DNA of 63,295 nucleotides, the filler included, from Octopus bimaculoides (Eukaryota): assembly GCF_001194135.2 (NCBI RefSeq). It is 9 parts of 8 records of this genome, joined end to end, with 100 filler letters (N's around TTAATTAATTAA, not from the genome) between each part and the next. Parts side by side here need not be neighbours in the genome. Positions count along the whole stretch, not along the records: positions 38,821 to 52,944 come from NC_069007.1; positions 53,045 to 56,473 come from NC_068995.1; positions 56,574 to 63,295 come from NW_026298432.1; 6 more parts are not named here. The stretch is one strand, 5' to 3'. Every line of letters starts with the position of its first letter. Within the stretch, counting starts at the first letter, position 1. The position numbers and the translations under genes were made by a program. The notes under the pieces are model-generated. The model searched no databases and was not told the DNA's origin. It saw nothing but the letters and a program-made list of their open reading frames with translations. Shown here one piece after another: positions 50,545 through 63,295 of the stretch.

Positions 50545-51120
50545 AAGCATGCCAGACAAAATAGTTAGCGGCATTTCGTCCGTCTTAACATTGCGAGTTC
50601 GAATCCTGCCGAGGTCGACTTTACCGTTTAAGGCAGCGAGCTAAAGGCTTAGCGGTTTATTGCCTGTCTTACGTTCTGAGTTCAAATTAGGGTTAGATCG
50701 TCTTTGCTTTTCATCTTTTCTGGGTCGATGAAATAAGTACCAGTTGAGTACTGGGGTCGATGTATTATTGACTTAGTCCCTACCTACAAATTTCAGGCCA
50801 TGTGGGTAGGGACTTGTGGGTAGGCCTTGTAAGTAGGGACTAAATTTCAGGCCTTGTGCTATAATAGACAGACTTATTATTATCAAAAAGTTGGCGAGCT
50901 GGCAGAATCGTTAGCACGTTAGACAAAACACTTAACGATATTTCGTCTGTCTTTACGTTCTGAGTTCAAATTCCGCCGAGGTCGACTTTGCCTTTTATCT
51001 TTTCGGGCTCGATAAATTAAGTACCAGTGAAACACTGGGGTCGATATAATCGACTAGTCCCCTCCCCCCAAATTTCAAACCTTGTGCCTATAGCAGAAAG
51101 GATTATTATTATTATTATTT
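50545..51120 (+). mobile_element. Cluster of three SINE family A copies (partial and full)
   Basis: Repeated GAGTTC(G/A)AAT B-box and core, with tail 2 ending in (ATT)n. Confidence 0.8.
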
Positions 51121-51334
51121 GTATCATTGTGTCAATGTAGGTGAACATTATTATTATTTTTAATGTAAGCAAACGTCATATTCCTTACCACCCCTCCCCC
51201 ACTTATTTCAATATATTTTATTGTTTTCCTTTATAGTTCCCCCCCACTTTATACGATAATAATTTATTTTCTAAAACAGCTTCCGGCTTTGGACTACTTA
51301 AAACTGAAAAAAATATTTCTTCTATCATTATGTT

Positions 51335-52075
51335 CCCGTTTGTATGTGAGTGTGTGAGTTTGTGTATGTGTGTGTGTGTGTGTATGTGATTGTGCGATAT
51401 GTGTATGTGTGCGTTTATTTCGTGTGTGTGTGTGCATGTATGTGTGTGTGAGTTTGTGCGTGTGTATACGTGTGTGTGCGAGTTTGTGTGTATGTGTGCG
51501 TTAGTGTGTGTGTGTTTGTGTGTGTGTATGTGATTGTGTGATACTATGTGATACTATGTGTATGTATGCGTTTGTTTTGTGTGTGTGTGTGTTTGAGTAT
51601 GTGTGCCCGTGTGTATATGCGCGTGTGGATATTTATGTGTGTATTTGTATGTGTTCGTGTGTGTGTGAGTTTATGTGCTTGTGTGCGTATATATGAGTGT
51701 ATTTGTGTTTATGTGCGTGTATGTGTGTTTGTATGTGTTTAGGTGTTATGTACTCGTGTGCCTTCATGTGAATGCTCATATAGTTGTGTTCTCATGTATG
51801 CGTGTATATGTTCGTGTCCTTGTGTCTACTCGCGCGTGTATATATATATCTGTGTGCCTGTATATGTATGTGTTCATATATGTGCATATGTTTGTGCGCT
51901 TATGCTCGTGTCTGTGTGTGTACGTGTGTATCCGTGTATAATGTGATTGTATATATGTATGTATTTGTTGGATGTGCAAATGTATGATTGTGTGTGTATG
52001 TGTGAGTGTGTGTGTATGTGTGTGTGTGGGAGTGTGTGTACATGTGTGAGAGTGTGAGTGTATGTGTGTCTTTGT
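51335..52075. repeat. About 740-bp degenerate (TG/TA) low-complexity tract
   Basis: Direct inspection. Confidence 0.9.
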
Positions 52076-52680
52076 GCTAGACGATGGTAGTCGCAATAAC
52101 AAGGTTATGAAGAGGGAAAAATATAAAATAATAAATATTACAACAATAATATTCTAGATGAAAAATAATATTATTTTATAAGAATTATAGTATTTAAAGG
52201 AAGTGTCATTATAGTAGAAAAATATACAGACAGGAAAATCTGCTGACAAAAAAAAGATAAATAAATAAACTAAAAAGAAATGTATAACATGAAAACAAAA
52301 CGAAATGAAGTCTTGAAAAATTAATTCCCCTTGGATGTTAATGACAACGTTACGTTCAATTAGTTATAGATAGAAAATCTATTGCTTGTATTACACACGG
52401 GCATTGAAACACTGTAAAAGACAAATGTATGGTGAAATACATACATCCATTCATACATACATCTATACATACATGGTGGTAGTCTCTCGTAATCTGAGAA
52501 AGGCGGTTCTGCAGTTTCTTACTGTGAAAACTGAACAAATGGTTGGTTTAGAGCAATCAGATGTTTGTGGCGCATACCAACTCACTTCCTTCTTCAAATT
52601 GACATTGCTTATAACAGGTGGACAGTGTGTCACGCTTTAGATGACGAAGTGATCTTAGAGCGTGTGTGTGTGTGTGTGTT

Positions 52681-52860
52681 GGCACTCCGTCGCTTACGAC
52701 GTCGAGGGTTCCAGTTGATCCGATCAACGGAACAGCCTGCTCGTGAAATTAATGTGCAAGTGGCTGAGCACTCCACAGACACGTGTACCGTTAATGTAGT
52801 TCTCGGGGATATTCAGCGTGACACAGAGTGATACAAGGCTGGCCCTTTGAATTACAGGCA
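52681..52860 (-). mobile_element. SINE family C 3' part
   Basis: GGCACTCCGTCGCTTACGACG...GATCCGATCAACGGAACAGCCTGCTCGTGAAATTAA.GTGCAAGTGGCTGAG, the reverse complement of 17560-17700. Confidence 0.85.
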
Positions 52861-53283
52861 CAACAGAAACAGGAAGAAAGAGTGAGAGAAAATTGTGGTG
52901 AAAGAGTAAAGAGTCATGACCTAAAGGGATCTCAGCATATATATNNNNNNNNNNNNNNNNNNNNNNNNNNNNNNNNNNNNNNNNNNNNTTAATTAATTAA
53001 NNNNNNNNNNNNNNNNNNNNNNNNNNNNNNNNNNNNNNNNNNNNATTATTTCGTTGCAGACCTCCTTTGGGTCTTTTTATTATCACTACGACACACATAG
53101 TCCCCAGTTGGTAACATTAATTTCAAGGCCCTCCTAGATGAGAGACTGGTATTCCACTTAATGTCTATGTTCCATGCTGGCATGGATTGGAGAGTTATTA
53201 ATGTAGAAATATGATATCGTAGCTACTAACAGTTGAGGGTTGCGTAGTCTAGACGGCGTTTTTAGATTTCATTATTCTCATTA

Positions 53284-53311
53284 ACCCGGGCAAAGCCGGG
53301 TATTTCTGCTA

Positions 53312-53313
<2 letters not shown>
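53284..53313 (+). mobile_element. Helitron-type 3' terminus
   Basis: GC-rich hairpin ACCCGGGCAAAGCCGGGT, followed 7 nt later by CTAG|T, which abuts (TA)n. Confidence 0.6.
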
Positions 53314-53350
<37 letters not shown>

Positions 53351-54124
53351 TATCGCAAATGGACATACGTACGCCTTACATACCTCAACGAAAAATGCAA
53401 TCACTAATTGGATACTAATAATTAATAACTATAACGAATGACCATGTGAGTTCAAATGAGGAGAAAAAGTGAAACTATAATACATCCATATAAAGAACAC
53501 AAGATGCCTTCACACACATACACACATACACAGACAAATACACAGACAAATACAGACAGACAGACAGACAGACAGACNNNNNNNNNNACACACACACAAA
53601 TGGTGGTTTGAGGAGGAAATATATGTGCGTTGGAAATGTAGTAGAATAAAGTGGTTTTCCTTCTCATTAAAATGTAGGTATATATTTTACGTAGTTTGAT
53701 TGTCTAATTAAATGAGGTTAATTAATTAATTTATTAATTAGTAAATTAATTATGTATCATAGCCCAATTACCAGCTGGATGTTTGAGTTTTACTTTTTAT
53801 TTATGGATAGCAACTCACCATTCAAACTGCTTCCGACAACAAAGAAATTTAAACAGAATAATAACTAATCTAATACGACATTAATTCTTTCTTAACGCAT
53901 TATCATAGTTGCTTGAGATGCTATGAACTGTAAAGTATATTTGTTTCAATAAACATACAATTTGAGCTTTGTTTTAAAAAATAAGGAATGTATTACACCA
54001 CATTTCTATATCACTCTGTTGGCAGAAACAAGTAATATTGTTTTGGCTAGTTTTTAGTTTCCTTACACCTTCATCAGGGAAGGGTGCGCATCTTCAGTTC
54101 AACAAAATATTAGTGGCCTTCTTT

Positions 54125-54450
54125 TTCCTTTTGCTTGCTTCATTCATTGGACTGCGGCCATATCGAATCCTAAGCTTATTTTGAGGTAACTTAATCCGTT
54201 AAGTTTCGGGGCAATAAACAAACCAACACCGGTTATCATGCAGTGTGTCAAGGATACACACATATACACGCACGCACCTCTCCTATACATATATATGACG
54301 GGCTTCTTTCAGTTTCCCAAATTCACTCATAAAGCTTTGGTCGAGGCTATGATAGAAGACACTTATTCAAGGTGCCACGCAGGGAACTGAACCCGGAACC
54401 ATGTGGCTGGGAAGCAATCTTCTTACCACACAGCCGTGCCTTCGCCTATA
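54125..54450 (-). mobile_element. SINE family B, full-length and internally deleted
   Basis: GGGCTTCTTTCAGTTTCC...CAAGGTGCCACGCAGGGAACTGAACCCGGAACCATGTGGCTGGGAAGCAATCTTCTTACCACACAGCC. Confidence 0.85.
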
Positions 54451-55868
54451 GGTATTTTTAGTGATTACAGACTTTCTTTTGACTGCGACATGTAAAGTTG
54501 CTATAATTTACCCCCAAAATATAAAGAGAAAGAGAGAAAGAGAAATTAATAGGTCGCCTTATTTAACACCACCACTTGGTTCCCTTAGAAATATCAACGT
54601 TGATCCTAAGATTTAGAAAGGTCTCCATTATGAGGATAACTTCCTCCCTTCTTCCCACAAATCTACAAAGTTCTGAGAACTGAGATGGCGCTACAGTCTT
54701 TTATCTCCTTTGAGTCAGAGGCTCTAACAAACTTCTACCAGCAAAATTTCGTTAATACGAAAAGCAAATTTGATTTAGTCGTCGGCTATGCTTCTTCTCT
54801 CCAAAACTGGGTCCTTGTACCAAGAACAGAAAGTAATAGTGTACGAATCAACGTGGGGAGCTCTCACATGGTCACGCGATTTGCAAGAAATAGAAGCTCG
54901 ATACTCTTTAAATCACCCCCGGTTGTCTTAGGAAATTTAAGGATACTTTGATAATGTGGTTTTTTTTAATATATCAATATTTGTAAAAGAGGGAAACAAA
55001 AAAATTAAAAAAGGAGAAAGAAAAACGAAATGGTTGTCATTGGAACTGTTTCCACCTAAACTCGGATCGGAACTAAACAGCAACAACAACTACAATAACG
55101 AAAATAACGACGACGACTACGACGATGACGACGATGGCAAAGACGACGACGTCGATTGAAACGAGTGAAAGCTTTTCGGGATCCTTTGACATGCTAGAAG
55201 TAGCAACCAAATCTCTTTCAAATCGTACATTCTACCGCCTTAAAAGGAAAGAATACAAGGTAGTTCGAGGATATATTATCTGCAGTCGATGGATTAGTCA
55301 CCGCCGGAACACCTATGATCGAATGTCTGCTCGTTTGGGGTTCACTGACGATAAACTGCAGCAGCGACAGCAACACGAAAAACCGATGTGATGAGTTAAC
55401 CGTGATCTGAGAAAAATAGCACTCGAGACCGGCTAAAAATAGGACTGAAGTTTCCCTTAATTATCTGCATACCAAGTTAAATAGAAACGCTATTAAAGTG
55501 CCTTTACATATGCAACACAAACATTAAAAATGTGACCTGGGTAGGGTGTGTGCTGTTTACGTTCCACAACGGGTGAGGTACGCGACAATACACGCTTGTC
55601 TGCGTTTTCTGTAGTCGAAGGTGTCTTAAGTTTCCGGAAGAAGGGCGGCGTATTTAGCTAGGGTACAGGAATGGCCAAAAGCTATACCAAAGTGTTGCTT
55701 TAAAAACGTTTAAGAATTTTCGTAGGCTTGGCTGAATAGTTGCAAGGTTCTGCGTTTCATAGATTCTTGTGAACAATGCATCACCGAATGAGACATTACA
55801 CAAGTTTTTTACGCAATAGCTTCGGTTTCAACAGCACTCGATAGGGAGAATCTCTGTTGAAGCCCGTC

Positions 55869-55971
<103 letters not shown>

Positions 55972-56415
55972 CTTCTTTCAATTTCCGCCTACCAAACCCT
56001 CTCACAAGGCTTTGGTCGCGTAACATTCATGTAATTCTCAGGGAGATTCATCAGTAATCTTCGAACAACAGAGGTGTCTGTAGTGGATCTGGGGTGTCCT
56101 GGTATGTGATTTCCTACCAGTCTGTCAAGTGACCTTTCAATAGATGGAGCCCGTTACAGAATGTGGAAGCAATACATGTCTGAGATTTCCTTATTAGTGT
56201 TCTAAGAATTATTACATTTCTAGGTGTTTCCAATAATACCTGGTTGAGTAAAGAAAAAGACAAATAGTCAATACACGAAATTCTATGTTAAGGGAAGGTC
56301 TGTTTTATAAAATAAGAGCGATATTTTGATGAAAAGATTAATTTCGATTCGAGTTACAAAATGACATGATTGAAAGCAGAGTTGTTCCCAATCACTATTA
56401 AAACCGACACACACA

Positions 56416-56473
<58 letters not shown>

Positions 56474-58226
56474 NNNNNNNNNNNNNNNNNNNNNNNNNNN
56501 NNNNNNNNNNNNNNNNNTTAATTAATTAANNNNNNNNNNNNNNNNNNNNNNNNNNNNNNNNNNNNNNNNNNNNACAACACCACCACCAACACCACCACCA
56601 CCAACAACACCACCAACAACAACGTCATCATCGTCGACATCATCAACGGTAGCAGCTCCCATTTTTAGGTGAACTGTCCGAAAAAGATTGGGTAATCGTC
56701 GCTGGAATACATTTGATCTGACATCTGTTTTCTTAAACTCAACCTGGGGCTGAACATTATCCTTAACTTCTTCAGCAGTAACAACAACAGCAACGGCAAC
56801 ACTTTTTTCTGTTTCTTTTTTGATGAAACACTTAGACCGTGTATCATAGAAAAGGGAGAAACAGGGATTTATGACACCCATTATATCATTATATAATGTA
56901 TATCATTAGTAAAATATAAGTACTTCAAGCAGAGACTGAAAGAGACTGGTTTACTTCTGAAAGATTACTTATTATTCAAGATAATTCGTTGATGATGAAG
57001 GAAGATATAAAATACAACAGTGTGTGATGTGTTAGCAAAATTGTAGACTGAATACCTCAAGTATTTTGTTGTATCATTATTGTTTTACATCCTTCTGTAG
57101 TTAATAAAGAACAAGGTGCAACAAAACCTCTTGGGATCCACTAAACTTGATCAATATTTTAACAACAAATGCACGATGTGTTTATATTAAAATCATAATG
57201 ATATATAAAAGATCGACGATAAAACATTAGACACATAAAGACACCATTATTGTCTACACAAAATAAATAGCATCATATCAATGGTCGTGTAAAACATGAA
57301 TTTCCCTGTTGCGTGTTATGCTATAGCAACCCTTGAAGTGTCTTTTTAATACTCTAAAAATATTATTTTCTACAAACATTAAACTTGTCTACCTAACTAA
57401 ACGAAGCCAACATTTTCCAGATGAAGAAGCGAAAAAAATCTGTTATTCTAAACATAACAAACACAAAGTTAGTTTTATTCGAGGTTTTGTTGTTTCTGAT
57501 ATATCGATTTCCGTATGATCAGATCTATTAACTTCTGGAAAATAGAAACGAGTGCTCCAACTGTTATTGTCTTCCTTAGGATATTAGAAAACCAGCGTTG
57601 GGGTTATAACATACTTTTACTGAATGCCAAATCGACTCCAACTGTACGACGCCAGTATCACTCCATATTACATTTATAAACAACGTCAGACATAAATTCT
57701 ACGTAATCTTACATCTAAATGGGATCTTAAAGCATTAAGCTATATACTCAGATGTTGAAAGCAACTGTACTTTCTTTCGAATTACCAATCCACTCCCTGA
57801 GAATACTCTAATGCATCGTACATGCTTTTGATTTCATATCTACTCTACAAAGAAACCTTGTCTGTTTTATATATTGATGTTATTATAATCTACTTTATGC
57901 ACGCTCATTAACTATTCTGTAAATGAGCCCCTAGAGATATCACGCTCCTGATAATCCACTGATACAGTAATATTTCATGTATATACACCATGTTGTTAAT
58001 CTAATACTAAACACAAGCTTCCCAAAACATCTATACTGTCTTTCATCTTCTTTTTTCTTTTAGGTAGAGAATGACTAATTTATATATGCATTGCATTCAT
58101 TAAATATTTGCTCATGGGATATTTAAATTGAAGGCATATGCTCTGAAATATATTTGTATATGTTTATATGCGCACTAACACAAGCACGTATAAATGTAAA
58201 TAAATGTGTGTGTGTGTTTGTGTGTT

Positions 58227-58275
<49 letters not shown>

Positions 58276-58799
58276 NNNNNNNNNNNNNNNNNNNNNNNNN
58301 NNNNNNNNNNNNNNNNNNNNNNNNNNNNNNNNNNNNNNNNNNNNNNNNNNNNNNNNNNNNNNNNNNNNNNNNNNNNNNNNNNNNNNNNNNNNNNNNNNNN
58401 NNNNNNNNNNNNNNNNNNNNNNNNNNNNNNNNNNNNNNNNNNNNNNNNNNNNNNNNNNNNNNNNNNNNNNNNNNNNNNNNNNNNNNNNNNNNNNNNNNNN
58501 NNNNNNNNNNNNNNNNNNNNNNNNNNNNNNNNNNNNNNNNNNNNNNNNNNNNNNNNNNNNNNNNNNNNNNNNNNNNNNNNNNNNNNNNNNNNNNNNNNNN
58601 NNNNNNNNNNNNNNNNNNNNNNNNNNNNNNNNNNNNNNNNNNNNNNNNNNNNNNNNNNNNNNNNNNNNNNNNNNNNNNNNNNNNNNNNNNNNNNNNNNNN
58701 NNNNNNNNNNNNNNNNNNNNNNNNNNNNNNNNNNNNNNNNNNNNNNNNNNNNNNNNNNNNNNNNNNNNNNNNNNNNNNNNNNNNNNNNNNNNNNNNNNN

Positions 58800-59527
58800 A
58801 AAATGGGGAAGGCCAGTTTAGGGGATTATCTCTCTTTTCCAATGGCTATCGACTTCTGACTGTGTCGCCATCTTGCGGTCTCCAAAAGGATAGCAGGAAT
58901 TTCCTAAAATGTAAATATGGCCCGAAAATCTCCGTTCTGGAGTTAAGGATGCTCCCTGGTTCGAGCGAGTCTTTTAGGATTCTCGCGCGTTCAGCTATGC
59001 ATAACTTGCAACGCTTCGTCCCATTGATGTAGGAGCCTAGGATCTCGAGGATTTTCCAAGAGATTGAGTATGGAACCCTGTCGTCACTTAGTTCTCAGAC
59101 GTGACTGGCCAGCGACGTTACGTATCTCTTTTCCAGAACTCTGAAGGACTTATGGTTGGAGAGACGTTGCTTGAGGGAATTCCCAGTAAATCCATTATAT
59201 TTCCGTGGGCCCGTGTTGCCGGTGCTGTTCTTGTTGCTGCTGTCGCTGATATTGTTGTCGTTGAAGCAGGGGCTACTTGTGCTGGCATCGCTGGAGGTGG
59301 AGATGGCGTCAGTAATGTTACCGCCACTGCGAGTGTTGTCGATACTGCACCTGTTGTTGCTTTGCTGCCATTGTTGCTGTTGTTGTTGTTGCTGCTGCTG
59401 TGGCCGATATTTTTGTTGTTGTTGGAGCTGGGCCTGTTGGTGGTGGCGTTGCTGGATATAGTGGTGGTGTCGAGAATCCTATTGCCACTGTCGGTTATAG
59501 TGGAAGTATAGCAGATGTGGCTGTGTC
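58800..59527 (-). mobile_element. Penelope-like element (Neptune-type) 3' fragment: GIY-YIG endonuclease relic with an internal low-complexity insertion
   Basis: HICYTSTITD...[N/S/T-rich]...RKYNGFTGNSLKQRLSNHKSF...TSLASHV*EL..DRVPYSISWKIL....YINGTKRCKLCIAE...ILNSRTEIF...HFRKFLL. Stop at 58846-58848. Confidence 0.85.
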
Positions 59528-60440
59528 AAAAAAAAGGCAATTTGGTGTAAGTAGAGAATATATCGTGATATGTGTTGAAATATCATGATATAAAACTATG
59601 AATTAATTGAATTTTCATAGAGAAGAAATAATCTTTTTCTTGGGGAATGTGAGAGAGAAATGTGTTCAAAAGCATTTGGCTGTTAAACAAAGGTTTCCGA
59701 GATATTCTGATGGTTTAACATTACTTACATTTCAGTCGCAATTCTTCTCTCTTCGTGGTACAGCAGAAACAGATCTTGTCGCCTCTCTGTTTCACAAAAG
59801 AACCTTTAGCGGCAACGTTCAGCAAAGTCCTGCACACATGCACAGCGATAGTGTTTCGGTAAACGGAGCTTTCCACTTTGTAAATGCAAACAATATGTGA
59901 AGGAAGATAATTAACTCGCTTTGATACATCACCATATTATTCCGAGGCAAGCTGATAAGGCGTTAGGAAAAGCGGAAAGTAATGTTGTAATACAAACAAA
60001 AATGTAAAGAACAAGACATGCAAAGCATATTGAGAGCAAGTGTCAGTAGCATACCGGAAAGGTAGTTTCCGTACAGTTAGCGTGTAATTTATGACCTCTA
60101 AAAAACTATGAACAACTGTACATGAAATAGAAATCACAAAATACAGTGGTCAATAAGTGGTTACAAGTGCAGGTCTTGATTACTTGTAGTGCAGCAGTGT
60201 TAATGCTAGAAGAGTCTCCCACAAAAGGAAAGAGATGCATGCAACAAAGGAATGTATAAAAAAGACAATGTTATAAGTCCTACAGGAATTTCGCACCAAT
60301 AACAAGAGTTTGTTCATATAAATGTCACAAAGTTCGTGCATTAAAAAAGTGTATATTGCTAGCAGAAAAGAAATGAAAGACTAAAGCCATAATACTATCC
60401 CACTAAAATAGCCCATCCAAGTAGGTTTTTAGGGAGGGGT

Positions 60441-62154
60441 TCAATGAGAAGGATGAGCTTAGTGAAATGAAAGTAGCCTCTCAACCTCAGGTTGAATTGT
60501 GCTAAGAATAAACCTGAGATCACCACGTTCCGTAATTCGGAGCTTGCACCGCTGCTTCGTAAGAAGGCGAGTGATTGCACTGGATCCACTCTCAACCAAA
60601 TAAGATGTTGGAAAGGCAATGAAAAACAATTTGACTTTCTTCCAAAACTCCGTATAGTGGTCACGGTTAGTCGTTTGAAGCCAACATTCTTGATAGCACT
60701 TGCAGAATTTAAGCTTCAAAAAATTCAATATCATTTTGAAGAGTTATCAGCTCTTCTTCTAACTCTACACTCTCTTCTTCACCGATGTCAATGAAGGGGT
60801 TAACAATCCAATCAGAAACTCGAAGAGCAAACAGATCCTGAAATCGACGCTCCATATCTTTGTGCAGTTCGGTGAGATGGGAGCAAAAGCCAAGCAGACC
60901 CTCGTCTGCAAGTTTTCCGTCCTTTTCAAAACTAGACAAGCAAAGAAACAGTAAAAACTCCCTGCGTCCAATATTGCGCTTATACATAACAAGTTTCCCT
61001 TGAAATCCTGAAATGGTTGACTTAACTTGGATGAGATTAACACTATCTCGTTGCAGCTGCTCATTCACTTCGTTTAATATAGTGAATAAGTCAGACAAGT
61101 ATGCAATATCTATCTTTATACTTTTAAGCCCCACACTAAGCTCTGGGATGGCGGTATCACCTCACCTCTGTGTAAAGCAGCAAGTCTTGAATGTCTTCGT
61201 CGTTTTCAAGGCAAACCTGTTGAAACAGGCGAGATTTGATTTTATTCACAGCAGTGATCAAAGTATTTAGGGAATCGTCAAGACGACCACTAGGGTTTCG
61301 TGCAACAAGATGTCGGTGAATTATGCAATGCATCCTGAAGACATCAGGTAGACTGAGTTTGAGGTAACTGATGAAGCCGCGATGACAGCCAGTCATCGAT
61401 GGTACACCATCAGTTGCACAGGCTACAATGTTATTTAGTGGGATGTTCTTTTTGTCAACAAAGCTCTTGACCACTTTGAAAATGGATTCACCCTCGGTAT
61501 TGGTTTCCAATAGTCTGGCAAAGAGTAGTTCTTGGCATAAACTTTCCTCTTTCACAAAAGGAACATATGCGAGAAGGAGGGAATCATTACCTGGCAAAGT
61601 AGACTCGTGCAACTGCAAGCTAAATTCTGCTTTCTTTAGAATTGTGCAGAGTTTTAGTCATCGACGTATTCTGCCATTTCATCAACCCTCCTCTGGACAG
61701 AGTTATTACTCAAAGGAATACCTTTGATAATTGGTTCTTGTGCTTTGCGTATCACCATCTTCAAGACTTTTTTTATAGCTGGCAAGCTTAACTGTCCCCT
61801 TATTGTGTGAGGTTTCCCGGACTTCGCAATGAGAAGTGATATGATATAAGAAGCGTGCAAACCACCACTAGACTGACTGGATGAACTGGGGAAAAAACTT
61901 CCTTTTGTTTTTCTCAGGTGAAAATTATTTTTAAGGGATTGAAAATAATTCAAATTTTTTTCTGCTCTATCAGGATGCATTTTATTCAAGTGTTCTTGAA
62001 GATTTCATGGTTTCATCGCTTCATTTGTAAAAGTATTTTCACAGAGTAGACAGAGCGGTTGCTGTTGGTTGTGTGGAGCTGCAATAAATCCATAATTGAG
62101 GTAGTCAACACTATATTGCCTACACTTATTTTTAGATGAGGTCTATGAAGCCAT
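60441..62154 (-). pseudogene. hAT (Buster/ZBED5-like) transposase pseudogene, near full length with stops and frameshifts
   Basis: BED finger (KCRQYSVDYLNYGF...PLCLLC...NEAMKP..L..HL..MH), SY.ISLLIAKSGKPHTI, PLSNNSVQRR..EMA, QL.EST, TDG.PSM.G, HCIIHR, FPTSYLVESG, RGDLR, AHPSH*. TIRs not identified. Confidence 0.9.
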
Positions 62155-63295
62155 AGTTTTGATATGAAAACATAATACACAGAAAATCCTCAATTTTACA
62201 TATCAAATTGGCTTGGCGCATGTAAAGAATTATCTTCTTCCTGATTTGGATCTATTCCGTTTGGAAAACAGATTAAAAAAATTTTTCAAATTAAGTAATA
62301 GTTTTCACATTTGGTATACTGATGTAATTTTCCATGCTGAAAACAGCTTACTTTAATTACTTTTTCCAGAAAAATTTTAGGAGAATGTTACAGAGGTTTA
62401 GAATTTAATCATTTTTAGCGAATCAGAAAATAGGATCTAGCAAAATAGCAATTTCTACTGAGAACAAAAATCGAAGGAGGGGGAATAGGGGAATAGTATG
62501 AACCGATAAAGATTAAACGAATTTTAACGAGGCATGTAAACAATTTCAAAATTAAAGGAAAACATTACGAACAAATAAAATTTATACATTAGGAAAATAT
62601 CAAATATAAAAAAAACATAGGCAACGAAAATACATGTATAATATATGTGTACCTTCGTATGTATTTCAGAGTATCTCCATGTATATATCTACGTGTCATT
62701 ATGTGTGCATGGTATGTATGTGTAGCTGCGTATGTATGTTAACGTGTGTCCGTGTATGTATCTAAGTGTCACTATGTGTGCGTGTGATGTATGTATATGA
62801 TGTGTGTATTTGTGTATAAGTGTGTGCGTACCTGCTATGTATGAGAATGAGTATATGTGCATGTTTATGATGTTTGTGTGTGTTATGTTCTATGTATTTG
62901 ATAAGACTCATACAACCATCACCACTATCACAAGGTCCCATACCCAAAACACAGGAGGCGAAAACTGTTGCTGTTTGTTACTATGGTAACTAGTAGTTAC
63001 GTTTTTCAGCTTGTTGATTGGTAAATTTGCAAAATTTGCAAACCTTAAAAGTTAAGAAGAAAACTCCTTTATTTATTGATTTATGACAAAAGAGAACTTC
63101 ATGTCAATAATTAGCGTACAAAACTGTATCGGTACACCAAATTTGAGAAGAATTGGAACAAAATTAAATGAATTAGAAATCTGTGCTCAAACAAAACACA
63201 TCCGAACTTTACTAGGTGGAACTATTATAAAGCATGTTTTGAGTTTTTTCCAGATGCTTGTGGACTAATTTGATACTTGAAAGTGCCTCATATAT

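Noticed and set aside
54050-54080. Minus-strand CTGATGA-AGGTGTAAG-GAAACTA hammerhead-like spacing
   Set aside because: Helix II and helix I do not pair; at best a badly decayed remnant.
54685-55391. Short complex-sequence ORFs at 54685-54951 and 55125-55391
   Set aside because: No recognisable domain, splice structure or homology; the lengths are compatible with chance.
60140-60160. CAGTGGTC as a possible hAT TIR
   Set aside because: No matching inverted copy or 8-bp target-site duplication was found beyond the transposase start.

Overview
AT-rich, microsatellite-dense eukaryotic DNA from a gapped draft assembly. Several gaps carry an artificial TTAATTAATTAA six-frame-stop linker. The SINE families, microsatellite load and gap style suggest an octopus genome (inference, unverified). 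No host protein-coding gene, rRNA, tRNA gene or CRISPR array is supported; the window reads as intronic or intergenic transposon debris. It contains: two R4/Dong-like (RT + restriction-like endonuclease) LINE relics; three Penelope-like element (PLE) fragments (two GIY-YIG, one RT); RTE and CR1-group LINE ends; a mariner relic built from two inverted 5' halves; a Tc1 transposase fragment with DD36E spacing; a near full-length decayed hAT/Buster transposase; a Helitron-type 3' end; and many copies of three tRNA-headed SINE families (called A, B and C here). The most notable signals are: PLE proteins carrying long Asn/Ser/Thr-rich insertions, one of which splits the GIY and YIG motifs by about 103 codons; minimal palindromic hammerhead-ribozyme motifs typical of PLEs; multimeric SINEs joined at a fixed junction; and an unclassified repeat with an orphan ORF that ends in a SINE-A-tail-like sequence. 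Family assignments come from motif recognition, not database searches.
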